Positions 24,417 through 34,342 of a stretch of 36,053 bases of DNA are shown here, piece by piece. This DNA is from Nitrospirota bacterium. Lineage in GTDB: Bacteria; CG2-30-53-67; CG2-30-70-394. The position numbers and the translations under genes were made by a program. Every line of letters begins with the position of its first letter. Position 1 is the first letter of the stretch. The DNA lies in assembly GCA_050050395.1 (NCBI GenBank), contig JASFUG010000003.1, positions 1 to 36,053 on the forward strand. The letters are read 5' to 3'. The notes beneath the pieces were generated by a model. That model did not search any database, had not been told where the DNA came from, and saw nothing but the letters and a program-made list of their open reading frames with translations.

Positions 24417-25382
24417 TCAGATCACGCGATTGCGCGCGACACCGGCAAGAAAGGCGCGGATGTTGGCCGCCAGCTCGGCGATGAGCCGTTGGCGGGCCTC
24501 GTGGCTGGCCCAGGCGGTGTGGGGGGTGAGGATGAGGTTCGGTAGGTCCGCATCGAGGAGGGGGTTGCCGCCGGCGGGGGGTTCTTGAGAAAGGACATCG
24601 AAGGCCGCGCCGCCCAGGTGGGCGCTGCGCAGGGCGTCGGCCACCGCCACCTCGTTCACCACGCCGCCGCGCGCCATGTTGAGCAGCCACGCGCCCGGCT
24701 TCATGCGTGCAATCGCCTCGTGGTCGATCAGATTGGCGGTGTCGCGGCTCAGGGCCGTATGCACCGTCACCACGTCTGCGGTGGCTAGCACCGTCGCGAG
24801 CGGCAGGCGCTCGCCCACCGGATAGGCGACCCGCGGGCGGCTCGCCGCCACCAGGACCTTCATCCCCAGCGCTCGCGCCACGTGGGCGACGCCGCGGCCG
24901 ATGGTGCCGTAGCCAACGATACCGAGGGTCTTGCCGGCGACCTCGACGATCGGCCAGTCGAGGAGGTTGAACTGGCTGGCCGCTTGCCACTGGCCGCCAC
25001 GTGCCGCCTGGTCGTACTCCCGCAGATGCAGGGCGAGGGCCAGGAGGGCGCCGATGGTGTGTTGCACCACCGCCGCGGTCGAGTAACCGGCGACGTTGGC
25101 CACCGCCACTCCCGCGGCCTTGGCGGCATCCACGTCGACGTTGTTGACGCCGGTGGCGGCCACTGCGATGAGCCCCAGGCTGGACGCTCCGGCGAGCTCG
25201 ACAGCGCCGAGCGGCACCTTGTTGGTCACTACCACGTGGGCGCCGGCGATCCGCTCCGCCACCTCCTCCGCGGTGGTGGCGGCGAAGGTGGTGAGTGCGC
25301 CCAGCTCGGCGATTGGCGACAGATCGATGTCGCCCCGGTCGAGGGTCGCGCGGTCGATGAGGACTATGGCGGGTCGGTTCAT
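24417..25382 (-). CDS. D-2-hydroxyacid dehydrogenase (glycerate dehydrogenase / hydroxypyruvate reductase-like)
   Basis: VVTNKV, ATGVNNVD, GIVGYGTIG, N.ARGGVV.E, DVLSQEPP, TPHTAWAS. Confidence 0.92.
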   Translation of the reverse strand: MNRPAIVLIDRATLDRGDIDLSPIAELGALTTFAATTAEEVAERIAGAHVVVTNKVPLGAVELAGASSLGLIAVAATGVNNVDVDAAKAAGVAVANVAGYSTAAVVQHTIGALLALALHLREYDQAARGGQWQAASQFNLLDWPIVEVAGKTLGIVGYGTIGRGVAHVARALGMKVLVAASRPRVAYPVGERLPLATVLATADVVTVHTALSRDTANLIDHEAIARMKPGAWLLNMARGGVVNEVAVADALRSAHLGGAAFDVLSQEPPAGGNPLLDADLPNLILTPHTAWASHEARQRLIAELAANIRAFLAGVARNRVI

Positions 25383-25569
25383 GGCAAAGCCGCTTCGCCT
25401 GTCACTCTGCCCCGTGCACGATCTTCAGAAAACCCCACACCCGGTGGTGCCGACGCTGCTGGTCACGCCCCCTGGCGTGGGGCAGAATGGCATCTCATCA
25501 GCACTCTCCCCTTGCGGTCATTTGCACCGCACACGGTCGGTGCTGACCAGATCGCTCCGGAGAGAACCC

Positions 25570-27936
25570 ATGGCCGAGCCCACGCCGAATACTCCGCTCT
25601 CTTCCCATTCTCCCGAACCTGCGCCGCGATCCGGGGAGGATGCCCTCGCGTACCACCGCGATGGTCGCCACGGCAAGATCGAGGTTCGCCCTACAAAGCC
25701 GTGCTCCACGCAGCGCGATCTCTCCCTTGCCTACACGCCAGGAGTGGCGGTGCCGTGCCTGGAGATCGAAAAGGACCCGGACCAGTCCTTCAACTACACC
25801 GCGCGGGCCAACTTGGTGGCGGTGGTCACCAACGGCACGGCTGTGCTTGGCCTGGGCAACATCGGTGCCCTGGCGGGTAAGCCGGTGATGGAGGGCAAGG
25901 GGGTCCTGTTCAAGCGCTTCGCGGACATCGACGTCTTCGACATCGAGCTCAATCTCTCGGAGCCCGAGGCGATCGTTCAGGCGGTAAAGGCGTTGGAGCC
26001 GACCTTTGGCGGCATCAATCTGGAAGACATCAAGGCGCCCGACTGTTTCTACATCGAGGAGCGACTCCGCGAGGAGCTGTCGATTCCCGTCTTCCACGAC
26101 GATCAGCACGGCACCGCGATCATCGCCGCCGCCGCCTTCCTCAACGCCCTGGAGCTCACCGGGCGTGCCATCGCGGACACGACGGTGGTCTTCTCGGGCG
26201 CCGGGGCGGCGGCCATCGCCACGGCCAACCTCCTCATGAGCCTCGGCGTGCGCCAAGAGAACATGGTGGTGTGTGACTCCAAGGGGCCACTTACCACGGC
26301 CCGGCTGGAGCGTCTGAATCCATACAAGGCGCGGTTCGCGCGCGATTTGCCGTATACCACGATGGACGAGGCGCTGGCCGGCGCGGATGCCTTCGTCGGT
26401 GTCTCGGTCGCGAACATCCTCTCCGAGGAGGCGGTGCGCTCGATGGCGGAGCGGCCGATCATCTTCGCCCTCGCGAATCCCGACCCGGAGATGCCCTACG
26501 CGGACATCAAGCGCTGCTGCCCGGAGGCGATCGTCGCCACCGGTCGCTCGGACCATCCGAACCAGGTGAACAACGTCCTGGGCTTCCCGTACATCTTCCG
26601 TGGCGCCCTGGACGTCCGCGCCACGACCATCAACGAGGAGATGAAGCACGCCGCGGTCTATGCACTCGCCGCTCTCGCCAAGGAGGAGGTAACCGGTGAG
26701 GTGCTGCGCGCCTATCCCGGGAGGGAGTTCGTCTTCGGTCCCGACTACCTCATCCCGACGCCCTTCGATACCCGGGTTCTCCTCAAGGTCGCGCCCGCCG
26801 TGGCCCGAGCGGCGATGGAGACCGGGGTGGCGCGGAGCGAGATCGAGGAAATGGACGCGTATCGCGACCGGCTGGAGCGGATCCTCGGCCCGGCGCGCGA
26901 GCTTCGGCGTTCGCTGATCCGCCACGCGCAGGGGAATGGCGATACGCGCCTGGTGTTTCCCGAAGGCGAGGACCCGGCGATCCTGCGCGCCTGCCAGATC
27001 GTGCGCGAGGAAGGGATCTGCGAGCCGGTCCTCCTGGGCAACGAGGAGAAGATTCAGGAACAGATCGAGCAGCACGGTTTCGATCTCCCGGGCGCCACCA
27101 TCGTAGATCCGCGCCACGCCCCCGAGCGGCACGCGTTCGCCGATCTCATCTACGCCCTCAACCAGCGGCGCGGCCTCACGCGTAGCGGGGCGGAGCGGCG
27201 GCTACGGCGCAACCGCAACCTCTACGGCATGATGATGGTACGCCAGGGGATTGCCGATGGGATGGTCACCGGCGCGACCCAGCACTACCAGGAGGTGATC
27301 GGACCGATCCTCTCCATCCTGCCGCCCGAGGAACGGCCGCACCGGATCGCGGGGGTCTACTGCCTGGTGTTCAAGAACCGCGTCCTGTTCCTGGCGGACA
27401 CCACCCTGCACATCGACCCCAGCGCCGAGCAACTCGCCGAGATCGCCTGCGCGACGACGAGCCTGATGGAGTCCCTGTTGATCAGCCCGCGCGTGGCCTT
27501 CATATCGTTCTCCGACTTCGGCTCCGTCCGTCACCCGCAGACCGAGAAGGTGCGACGTGCCGCCGATATGTTCCGGGCCGCCCGGCCGGACATCGTCGCC
27601 GACGGCGAGATGCAGGCCGACACGGCGGTGTACTGGGTGAAGCGGCACAACAACTTCCCCTTCTCGCCCCTCACCGAGAATCCCAACCTCCTTATCTTCC
27701 CCAACCTCGATGCCGGCAATGCAGCCTACAAGCTCCTCTCCCAACTCGCGGACGCGGAGCCGATCGGCCCGATCCTGGCCGGCATGCCGTATCCGGTGAA
27801 CGTGCTGCAGATCGATCCCACCCCGGAGGACGTGGTGAACATGGCGGTGATCACCGCCATCTGTGCCAGGCATCCCTGGTCCCAGTGCCGATTCGATGGC
27901 GCCGCTGACCAGGAGGCCGCCGCACCGACCCGCTGA
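25570..27936 (+). CDS. maeB: NADP-dependent malic enzyme with C-terminal phosphotransacetylase-like domain
   Basis: [80 protein letters not shown]; ATG 25570 behind GGAGAG. Confidence 0.95.
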   Translation: MAEPTPNTPLSSHSPEPAPRSGEDALAYHRDGRHGKIEVRPTKPCSTQRDLSLAYTPGVAVPCLEIEKDPDQSFNYTARANLVAVVTNGTAVLGLGNIGALAGKPVMEGKGVLFKRFADIDVFDIELNLSEPEAIVQAVKALEPTFGGINLEDIKAPDCFYIEERLREELSIPVFHDDQHGTAIIAAAAFLNALELTGRAIADTTVVFSGAGAAAIATANLLMSLGVRQENMVVCDSKGPLTTARLERLNPYKARFARDLPYTTMDEALAGADAFVGVSVANILSEEAVRSMAERPIIFALANPDPEMPYADIKRCCPEAIVATGRSDHPNQVNNVLGFPYIFRGALDVRATTINEEMKHAAVYALAALAKEEVTGEVLRAYPGREFVFGPDYLIPTPFDTRVLLKVAPAVARAAMETGVARSEIEEMDAYRDRLERILGPARELRRSLIRHAQGNGDTRLVFPEGEDPAILRACQIVREEGICEPVLLGNEEKIQEQIEQHGFDLPGATIVDPRHAPERHAFADLIYALNQRRGLTRSGAERRLRRNRNLYGMMMVRQGIADGMVTGATQHYQEVIGPILSILPPEERPHRIAGVYCLVFKNRVLFLADTTLHIDPSAEQLAEIACATTSLMESLLISPRVAFISFSDFGSVRHPQTEKVRRAADMFRAARPDIVADGEMQADTAVYWVKRHNNFPFSPLTENPNLLIFPNLDAGNAAYKLLSQLADAEPIGPILAGMPYPVNVLQIDPTPEDVVNMAVITAICARHPWSQCRFDGAADQEAAAPTR

Positions 27937-28021
27937 TCCGCTGCCCCGGGGTCATTCCGCCAGGAGGCCGGGTGCCGCGAACCGCGCCGTGGCCGCGACA
28001 AGTCCCGGCGTGGAATGCGTA

Positions 28022-29263
28022 TTAGTCTAGGGGCAGGATCACCAGGCCGTCCCTGAGCTTGGGCTCGAACCAGGTCGACTTGGGCGGCATCACCTGCCCG
28101 CTGTCGGCTACCGCGAACAGGTCGTCGAGGCGCGTCGGGTGGAGAGCGAAGGCGGCGACGAACCGGCCGCTGTCCACCAGCCGCTCCAGCTCGGCGAGGC
28201 CGCGGATGCCGCCGACGAAGTCAATGCGCGGGTCGGTGCGCGGGTCGTGGATGCCGAGCAGGGGCGCGAGGCAATTGTCGGCGAGCAGGCTCACGTCCAG
28301 CCGGCCGACGGGATCGTCCGCCGGGATCCGCGCCGGATCGAGGGCCAGGCGCAGCCAGCCGCCGCCGACGTAGAGGCCGAAGACCCCCGGCTCCTCCGGC
28401 TGCACCGGCACGCGGCTCGGGCTCACCCCGAACCGGTCTCGCAGGCCGGCGAGGAACTCCCCCGGCGACGGGTCTCCGAAGTCGCTGATCACCCGGTGGT
28501 AAGGGAGGATCTGCATCTGATCGTCGGGGAACAGGACGCCGAGGAACCGGTTGAACGGCTCCTCGCCCGTAAACTCGGGATTCGCCGCCCGGCGCTCCTG
28601 GCACAGGCGCACGGCGGCGGCGGAGCGGTGGTGGCCGTCCGCCACGTACAGGGCGGGCAGGGCCTCGAAGGCCGCGACCAGGCCGTCAATGGCCGCGGGC
28701 GACTCCACCACCCATAACGTGTGGCGCACGCCGTCCGCGGCGGTGAGGTCGATGGTCGGTGGCGTGCTGGTCATGGCGGCCACCAGGGCGTCGATGGCGG
28801 CGTCGTGGCGGTAGGTGAGGAAGACCGGCCCGGAGTGGGCGTTCAGGGCGCGGCAGTGACGGAGACGGTCGTCCTCCTTCGCCGGCCGGGTGTGCTCGTG
28901 TTTCTTGATGCGGTCCGCCAGGTAGGCGTCGACGCTCACCGCCGCCACCAGACCGACCTGGGCGTGGTCGCCCATCACCTGGCGGTAGAGGTAGAGGCAC
29001 GGCGCCGCTTCCCGGCGCAGCAGCCCGTCCCTCACCAGACGGTCGAGGTTCTCCCGCCCCTTGGCGTACACCTCGGCGGCGTACGGGTCGGTGCCCGCCG
29101 GGAGATCGATCTCCGGTTTGGAGACGTGCAGGAAGCTGGCCGTATTGTCCGCGCCCAGGGCACGGGCCTCGTCACTGTCGAGGACGTCGTACGGCGGCGC
29201 GGCGACCTGTGCGGCGTGGTCGGAGGTGGCACGCAGGGCACGGAAGGGTTGAATGAGCTTCAT
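28022..29263 (-). CDS. DUF1015 family protein
   Basis: I.PFRALR, APPYDV, IKKHEHTRP.KE.DR, YVADGHHR, MPPKSTWFEPKLRDGL; start ATG 29263 behind GAGGAG. Confidence 0.92.
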   Translation of the reverse strand: MKLIQPFRALRATSDHAAQVAAPPYDVLDSDEARALGADNTASFLHVSKPEIDLPAGTDPYAAEVYAKGRENLDRLVRDGLLRREAAPCLYLYRQVMGDHAQVGLVAAVSVDAYLADRIKKHEHTRPAKEDDRLRHCRALNAHSGPVFLTYRHDAAIDALVAAMTSTPPTIDLTAADGVRHTLWVVESPAAIDGLVAAFEALPALYVADGHHRSAAAVRLCQERRAANPEFTGEEPFNRFLGVLFPDDQMQILPYHRVISDFGDPSPGEFLAGLRDRFGVSPSRVPVQPEEPGVFGLYVGGGWLRLALDPARIPADDPVGRLDVSLLADNCLAPLLGIHDPRTDPRIDFVGGIRGLAELERLVDSGRFVAAFALHPTRLDDLFAVADSGQVMPPKSTWFEPKLRDGLVILPLD

Positions 29264-29363
29264 GGTCTCCTCGGAATCAGGCAGAGGACGCATGGTACGG
29301 GCCGCGGCCGTCGCCAACAAACCGGCCGCCGGGCACCTTCCCCGGAGCCGGGAATTCCTCCGT

Positions 29364-29402
29364 CCCTCTCTCCCCGGCCCTCCCCCGCAAGGGGGGAGGG
29401 AG
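29364..29402 (+). repeat. Pyrimidine/purine-segregated hairpin repeat (REP-like)
   Basis: CCCTCTCTCCCCGG-CCCTCCCCC-GCAA-GGGGGGAGGG-AG; degenerate relatives at ~2172-2213 and ~20742-20780. Confidence 0.6.
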
Positions 29403-29487
29403 CCTGGGTCCGACCCCGTCGCCTGCCCATACCATGGCTGGCGCATGACCGCGTGGAGACCCATGAGATGAGCCCTTCCTCGTGCGG

Positions 29488-30627
29488 TCACGCCGTGGTC
29501 GCTTCGTCGCCAAACTCGCCGCCGTGTTTCAGGAGGGCAAACACCCGGTCGTGGAGCTCCGGGCGGAAGGTCTTGAAGCCGCGCTCCTCCCGGCCGCCGT
29601 GGACGCGGTTGGTGAGGAGGATCACGCGGCCGCGGTGGGCGAGGTCGAGCCACACGGAGCAGCCGGTGAAGCCGAGGAGGCCGCGGCCGGTTGCGGCGGA
29701 GAGCCGGCTGCCGGCCTGGGAGTCCACGGGGCTGGGCCGGTCCCAGCCGCGACACCAGGTGTCCGGCGGCGCCCCGGCGGGCACCGCGAAGAGGTCGCGG
29801 ATGACATCCGTGGGCAGCCAGTCGTCCTCGCCGTGATAGCAGGCGAGGAGCCGCTCCACCACGGCGTCCACGGCGGCGGCGGTACCGAACAGGCCGGCGT
29901 GGCCGGCCACGCCGCCCATGGCCCAGGCGTTCTCGTCGTGGACCTCCCCCTGCAGGGTGCGCTGCCGCCACCGGCACGCCTCGGTGGCGGCGCACTCCTC
30001 GCAGCCCGGGGCGCCGGGGACGCCGGGTCGATACGCCAGGGTGTCGCCAACCCCCAGGGGCGTCGTGACCCAGTCGGCGACGCATTCGGCCAGCGGCACG
30101 GTTGCCGCCCGCTCGATCACCTCGCCGAGGAGGATGTAGCCGAGGTCGGAGTAGCAGAACCGCTCGCCGGGTCGCGCCTCCAGCTCCATCGCCTCGACCA
30201 TCGCCACCGTCGCCGGACGCCACACCGCCGGCGGTGGGCCGCCGCCGGCCGCAACCCGGCGTTGATCCGGGAGACCCTCGAACAGCGGGACCCACCACGG
30301 CAGGCCAGAGGTGTGTGCCAGGAGGTGCTCGACCGTCACCTCCCGGTGGCGGCCACGCTTGAGGGTTGGCAGGAGGGTGGCCACCGGCGTCTCCCAGCGC
30401 AGCTCGCCGTCGGCCACCAGCCGGGCGACACACACGGCGGTCGTCAGCCCCTTCGTGAGGGAGGCGAGGTCGAAGTGGGTAGCCGTGGTGGCGGGGGGAG
30501 AGCCGTGGCCCGCGAGGCGACCGGCGGCGAGGTGGAGGCGTAGCCGTCGCCCGTCGTGCACCCGGAGCTGGGTCGCGGAGAATAGCCCGCGCTGGATGCC
30601 CTCGTGGACCAAGGTGGCCGGGCTCAT
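29488..30627 (-). CDS. Beta-lactamase-fold (class C-like) serine hydrolase
   Basis: FDLASLTK (SxxK), LLAHTSGLP, YSDLGYILLG, GEVHDENA, GVAGHAGLF, LGFTG, LLTNRVH. Confidence 0.9.
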   Translation of the reverse strand: MSPATLVHEGIQRGLFSATQLRVHDGRRLRLHLAAGRLAGHGSPPATTATHFDLASLTKGLTTAVCVARLVADGELRWETPVATLLPTLKRGRHREVTVEHLLAHTSGLPWWVPLFEGLPDQRRVAAGGGPPPAVWRPATVAMVEAMELEARPGERFCYSDLGYILLGEVIERAATVPLAECVADWVTTPLGVGDTLAYRPGVPGAPGCEECAATEACRWRQRTLQGEVHDENAWAMGGVAGHAGLFGTAAAVDAVVERLLACYHGEDDWLPTDVIRDLFAVPAGAPPDTWCRGWDRPSPVDSQAGSRLSAATGRGLLGFTGCSVWLDLAHRGRVILLTNRVHGGREERGFKTFRPELHDRVFALLKHGGEFGDEATTA

Positions 30628-32666
30628 TTCTTGTCCTCCCCGCTCTGCAGGGCGGCGAGCAGCGCCGGGGCGTCCTCGCTGCGGGTGAAGGCCGTAACCC
30701 GGTCGCCGCTGGCGAGTCGGGTGGATCCGTGCGGGATCAGGGTACGGCCGTCGCGGCGGATGGAGATCAGGATTGCGTCCGCCGGCAGGTGCGCGGCGAT
30801 GTCCGACACCACCTCCCCAACCGCGAGATCTCCGGTCGCGAGCGCCACCTCGATGAACTCGGTCGCCTCGCCGTGGCGCCGGCGGATGTGGCGCGCCTGA
30901 TGATGCAAGGCGCCGCGACGGGAGACCGCCGTGTCGTACGCGCGCAGCAGGTCCTCCCGCCGGGCCAGGCCGAGGACCTCGTTGGGCTCCTCGGCCGCGA
31001 CCACCGGCAAGGTGTCGAAGCCGCGGATCCCCATGCGGGTCAAGACCTCCGCCGCGCTCTCCTCGGGCGCGGCGACCACCAGCCGTTCCCGCGGCAGGGT
31101 GATGGCCCCGACCTCCGTGGTCATCGGGAGGTTGCGGTGGATCGCCCGGTCCATGTCACTGGCCGCCACCATGCCGGAGAATTGCCCGGCGTGGTCCAGC
31201 ACGATGACACCGTGGGCGCCCGTCGTGGCAAGAAAATCGGAGACCGTGGCGAGGTCCGTATTGTCGGGGACCGCGTGCACATCGGTGTCCATCACGTCGG
31301 CGACGCTCACCCCGGCGAGGACGTCGAGGTCGAAGCCTGCCTGGAGGCGGATCCCCTTGCGGGCGAGCTTCATGGTGTAGATCGACTCGCGGGACCACGC
31401 CTGGGCGAGGTAGGTGGCGAGCACCGTGGCGAGCATCAGGGGCAAGATGAGGGCGTAGTCGTTGGACATCTCGAAGACAATTAGCACCGCCGTGATCGGC
31501 GCACGGGCGGCACCGGCGAACACCGCCGCCATGCCGACGATGGCGTACGCCCCGGGATTCACCGCCACCTCCGGCCACAGGCCGTGGGCGACGGTGCCGA
31601 GCAGCCCGCCGAGGGCGGCGCCCATGAACAGGGACGGGGCGAAGATCCCGCCCGAGTTGCCCGCTCCCAGAGTGAGGCTGGTGGCCACCAGCTTGACCAC
31701 GAGCAGGGCGGCCATCATCCCCAGAGAGAGCTGGAAGTTGGCCGCGACCGTCTGGCCGATGTTGTGCAGCCCCGGCCCGAGCACCGGCTGGCCCGGCAAG
31801 GGCAGGGCGATCACCGCACACAGGGCCATGCCGAGGGCGTACTTGAACGGCGCGGGGATGCGCGCCATACCGTCGAACACGTCCTCCATCCAGTACAGCA
31901 GGCGGATGAAGAGCACCGCCACGCCCGCCGCCAGGAGGCCGAGGAGCACGTACAGGGGCAGCTCGGCGAGGTGCTCGAAGGGGTAGGCGGGGACGCCGAA
32001 GGCGGGGCGTGCGCTGAGGAAGATGCGGCTGACGATGGAAGCGGAGACCGAGCTGATCACCACCGCACCGAAGTAGCGCACGGTGAACGACCCGAGGACG
32101 ATTTCCAGGGCGAAGATCGCGCCGGCGATCGGGGCGTTGAAGGTGGCGGCGATGCCCCCCGCGGCACCGCACGCCACCAGGGTACGCACCCGGTGGGTGG
32201 AGACGTGGAAGAGCTGGCCCATCGTGGACCCCAGGGCCGCGCCCACCTGTACGATCGGACCCTCGCGGCCGGCGGAGCCGCCGGCGCCGATGGTGACGGC
32301 CGAGGCGAGGAGCTTCAGCACCGCGACCCGTGCCCGGATATGTCCACCGCGCAGGGCCATCGCCTCCATGACGTCCGGTACCCCGTGCCCCTTGGCCTCC
32401 GGCACCCAGCGCTCGACGACCCACCCGACCACCAGCCCCGCCGCGGCCATCGCCGTCACCAGCCCGAGAGCTGTGCCGACCCGCGCCTCGAAGAGTGCGA
32501 CCCCCGCCCCGATGCGTGCCATCAGGTCCACGAACACCACCGCTGCCAGGCCCGTTCCCAACCCGACGATCACGGCGGACACCAGGACGATCAACTCCTC
32601 CGGCGGATGGAGGTGGAAGAGCCAGGCGGCCAGGCGGGACCGGGAGTGGGGAGTCGTGGCCATCAC
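30624..32666 (-). CDS. ClC-family anion transporter with CBS pair and RCK_C/TrkA-C domain
   Basis: GHGVP, GGSAGREGP, FNAPIAG, GGIFAP.L, RAPITA..I.FEM, SIYT; CBS-like and ISIRR.G....P.G.T.L..GD.V tail; ATGA overlap with next gene. Confidence 0.92.
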   Translation of the reverse strand: MMATTPHSRSRLAAWLFHLHPPEELIVLVSAVIVGLGTGLAAVVFVDLMARIGAGVALFEARVGTALGLVTAMAAAGLVVGWVVERWVPEAKGHGVPDVMEAMALRGGHIRARVAVLKLLASAVTIGAGGSAGREGPIVQVGAALGSTMGQLFHVSTHRVRTLVACGAAGGIAATFNAPIAGAIFALEIVLGSFTVRYFGAVVISSVSASIVSRIFLSARPAFGVPAYPFEHLAELPLYVLLGLLAAGVAVLFIRLLYWMEDVFDGMARIPAPFKYALGMALCAVIALPLPGQPVLGPGLHNIGQTVAANFQLSLGMMAALLVVKLVATSLTLGAGNSGGIFAPSLFMGAALGGLLGTVAHGLWPEVAVNPGAYAIVGMAAVFAGAARAPITAVLIVFEMSNDYALILPLMLATVLATYLAQAWSRESIYTMKLARKGIRLQAGFDLDVLAGVSVADVMDTDVHAVPDNTDLATVSDFLATTGAHGVIVLDHAGQFSGMVAASDMDRAIHRNLPMTTEVGAITLPRERLVVAAPEESAAEVLTRMGIRGFDTLPVVAAEEPNEVLGLARREDLLRAYDTAVSRRGALHHQARHIRRRHGEATEFIEVALATGDLAVGEVVSDIAAHLPADAILISIRRDGRTLIPHGSTRLASGDRVTAFTRSEDAPALLAALQSGEDKK

Positions 32667-32816
32667 GTCCTTGGGACGCCGCGACCGGGGACACGACGCC
32701 CCCCGAGTGTGAAAGGCCCGCGGCCGGATGTCGACGCCGTGCGGTCGACACGCGAGCCGGGGACGTCGCGGCGGTGCGAAATATCGCTAAGAAAGGCAGG
32801 AAAGGAATCCAGGTCG

Positions 32817-32885
32817 CTCTCGCAAGGTCGCCATGCCTCTTTGGTTGCGGTCTCTCCGAATGTTGCCTTGGCGTCGTGGCGAGAG
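32817..32885. repeat. Degenerate inverted repeat (periodic-arm family)
   Basis: CTCTCGCAAGGTCGCCATG vs reverse complement of 32866-32885, CTCTCGCCACGACGCCAAGG; resembles the 20949-21030 arms. Confidence 0.5.
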
Positions 32886-33028
32886 GCAGAGAAGACGCGT
32901 CGGCGGGCGGTTGTTTACGCCGGGCTTTAGGAGCCGAGGGATTGGGGGTGTAATGGGGTCCCATCGGAAGACGGAACGCATTTTTCCCGCCCATAGCGCC
33001 GCGCGGTGCTCCGGCACAGGAGACTGTA

Positions 33029-33727
33029 ATGATCAACATCCGCAGGAGCGCCGAGCGGGGCCACGCCAACCACGGCTGGCTCGACACCTACCACACCTTC
33101 TCCTTCGCCGATTATCACGATCCGGCACACATGAGCTTCCGCGCCCTGCGGGTGATCAACGAGGACCGGATCGCACCGGGCGAGGGGTTCGGCACCCACC
33201 CGCACCGGGACATGGAGATCATCACCTATGTTCTCGACGGCGAGCTGGAGCACAAGGACAGCATGGGCAACGGGTCGGTGATCCGCGCCGGCGAGGTGCA
33301 GCGCATGAGTGCCGGCACCGGCGTCACCCACAGCGAGCACAACCCGTCGCCGACCACCGCCACCCACCTGCTCCAGATCTGGATCCGGCCGGCGGTCCTG
33401 GGGATCGCGCCGAGCTACGAGCAGCGCTCCTTCCTCCTCGATCAAGGCGACCCGAAGCTGCGCGTGGTCGCCAGCGGTGACGGCCGGGACCAGTCGCTCC
33501 TCATCCACCAGCACGTGCGCCTCTACGCCGCCCGCCTGGGACCGGGAGCCGCGGTGGCCCACCGCTTCGGCAGCGGCCGCCATGGCTGGCTGCAGGTGGC
33601 GCGCGGCACCGTCGAGGCCAACGGCCACGCCCTGGCGGCCGGTGACGGCGCGGCCATGAGCGACGAGCGGCGCCTCACGGTGGCGGCGCAGGAGGCGGCA
33701 GAGGTGCTGCTCTTCGACCTGGGGTGA
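33029..33727 (+). CDS. Pirin family protein (YhhW-like bicupin)
   Basis: RGHANHGWL, HTFSFA.Y, LRVINED, GFGTHPHRDMEI, H.DSMG, MSAGTG..HSE.N, LLQIWI. Confidence 0.95.
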   Translation: MINIRRSAERGHANHGWLDTYHTFSFADYHDPAHMSFRALRVINEDRIAPGEGFGTHPHRDMEIITYVLDGELEHKDSMGNGSVIRAGEVQRMSAGTGVTHSEHNPSPTTATHLLQIWIRPAVLGIAPSYEQRSFLLDQGDPKLRVVASGDGRDQSLLIHQHVRLYAARLGPGAAVAHRFGSGRHGWLQVARGTVEANGHALAAGDGAAMSDERRLTVAAQEAAEVLLFDLG

Positions 33728-33730
33728 TGG

Positions 33731-34342
33731 TTATTGCGTCGAGCGGAGCTTGATGGAGCAGCCGATGAACGGCACGTCGGCCGGGTCGACCGGTCGGCCG
33801 GCGAGGAGGGCGTCGAGGGCGTCGCGCAGAAAGCGGTGCGTGACTCGCTCGGGCTCGTGGGCGTTGTCGTCGATCGCCCCGTGGTAGACGAGGCGGCCCG
33901 CGCCGTCGAACAGGAAGGCCTCCGGGGTGCGGGTCGCGCCGAACGCCCTTCCCACGTCGGAGGTGGCATCGACCACGTAGGGGAAACGATAGCCCTCCCG
34001 CGCCGCCACCTGCTTCATGGTGTCCAGGTCGTCCGTGGGGTAGGCCGCGGGATCGTTCGAGTTCACCAGCACCACCCCGATCCCCTTGGCGGAGTACTCG
34101 TTGCCCAGGGCCACCATCCGCTTCTGCCACGCCTGGACCCAGGGGCAGTGGTTGCACGAGAAGATCACCAGCGTGCCCTTCTCGCCGTGTACATCGGCGA
34201 TGGAGAGAGAGCGTCCGTCGACGTTCTCCATCTTCGTGTCCGTCGACGGAATCGTCGCGCCGAGTTGCAGGGCTCCCGCGTGCGCGGCTCCGGCCAGCAG
34301 GAGCGCGGCGGCGACCGCCGTCAGTACGACAGCGCGGCGCAT
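33731..34342 (-). CDS. Exported thioredoxin-fold (AhpC/TSA-like) protein
   Basis: Signal peptide ending AHA; FSCNHCPWV, NSND, FGATRTPE, YHGAIDD, GCSIK; ATG 34342 overlaps upstream TAA. Confidence 0.9.
   Translation of the reverse strand: MRRAVVLTAVAAALLLAGAAHAGALQLGATIPSTDTKMENVDGRSLSIADVHGEKGTLVIFSCNHCPWVQAWQKRMVALGNEYSAKGIGVVLVNSNDPAAYPTDDLDTMKQVAAREGYRFPYVVDATSDVGRAFGATRTPEAFLFDGAGRLVYHGAIDDNAHEPERVTHRFLRDALDALLAGRPVDPADVPFIGCSIKLRSTQ

Noticed and set aside
25488-25503. sigma54-like TGGCATCTCATCAGCA upstream of maeB
   Set aside because: GG-N10-GC spacing is right but the -12 element is poor and no enhancer palindromes are evident
29264-30433. N-terminal extension making DUF1015 an 803-aa protein (likewise extensions on maeB, efp, epmA, SDR)
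   Set aside because: Extensions are low-complexity, overlap other genes or repeats, and better RBS-backed starts lie downstream
29488-30627. Antibiotic-resistance beta-lactamase
   Set aside because: No signal peptide and YSD/LGFTG rather than AmpC YxN/KTG; fits the broad esterase/amidase group
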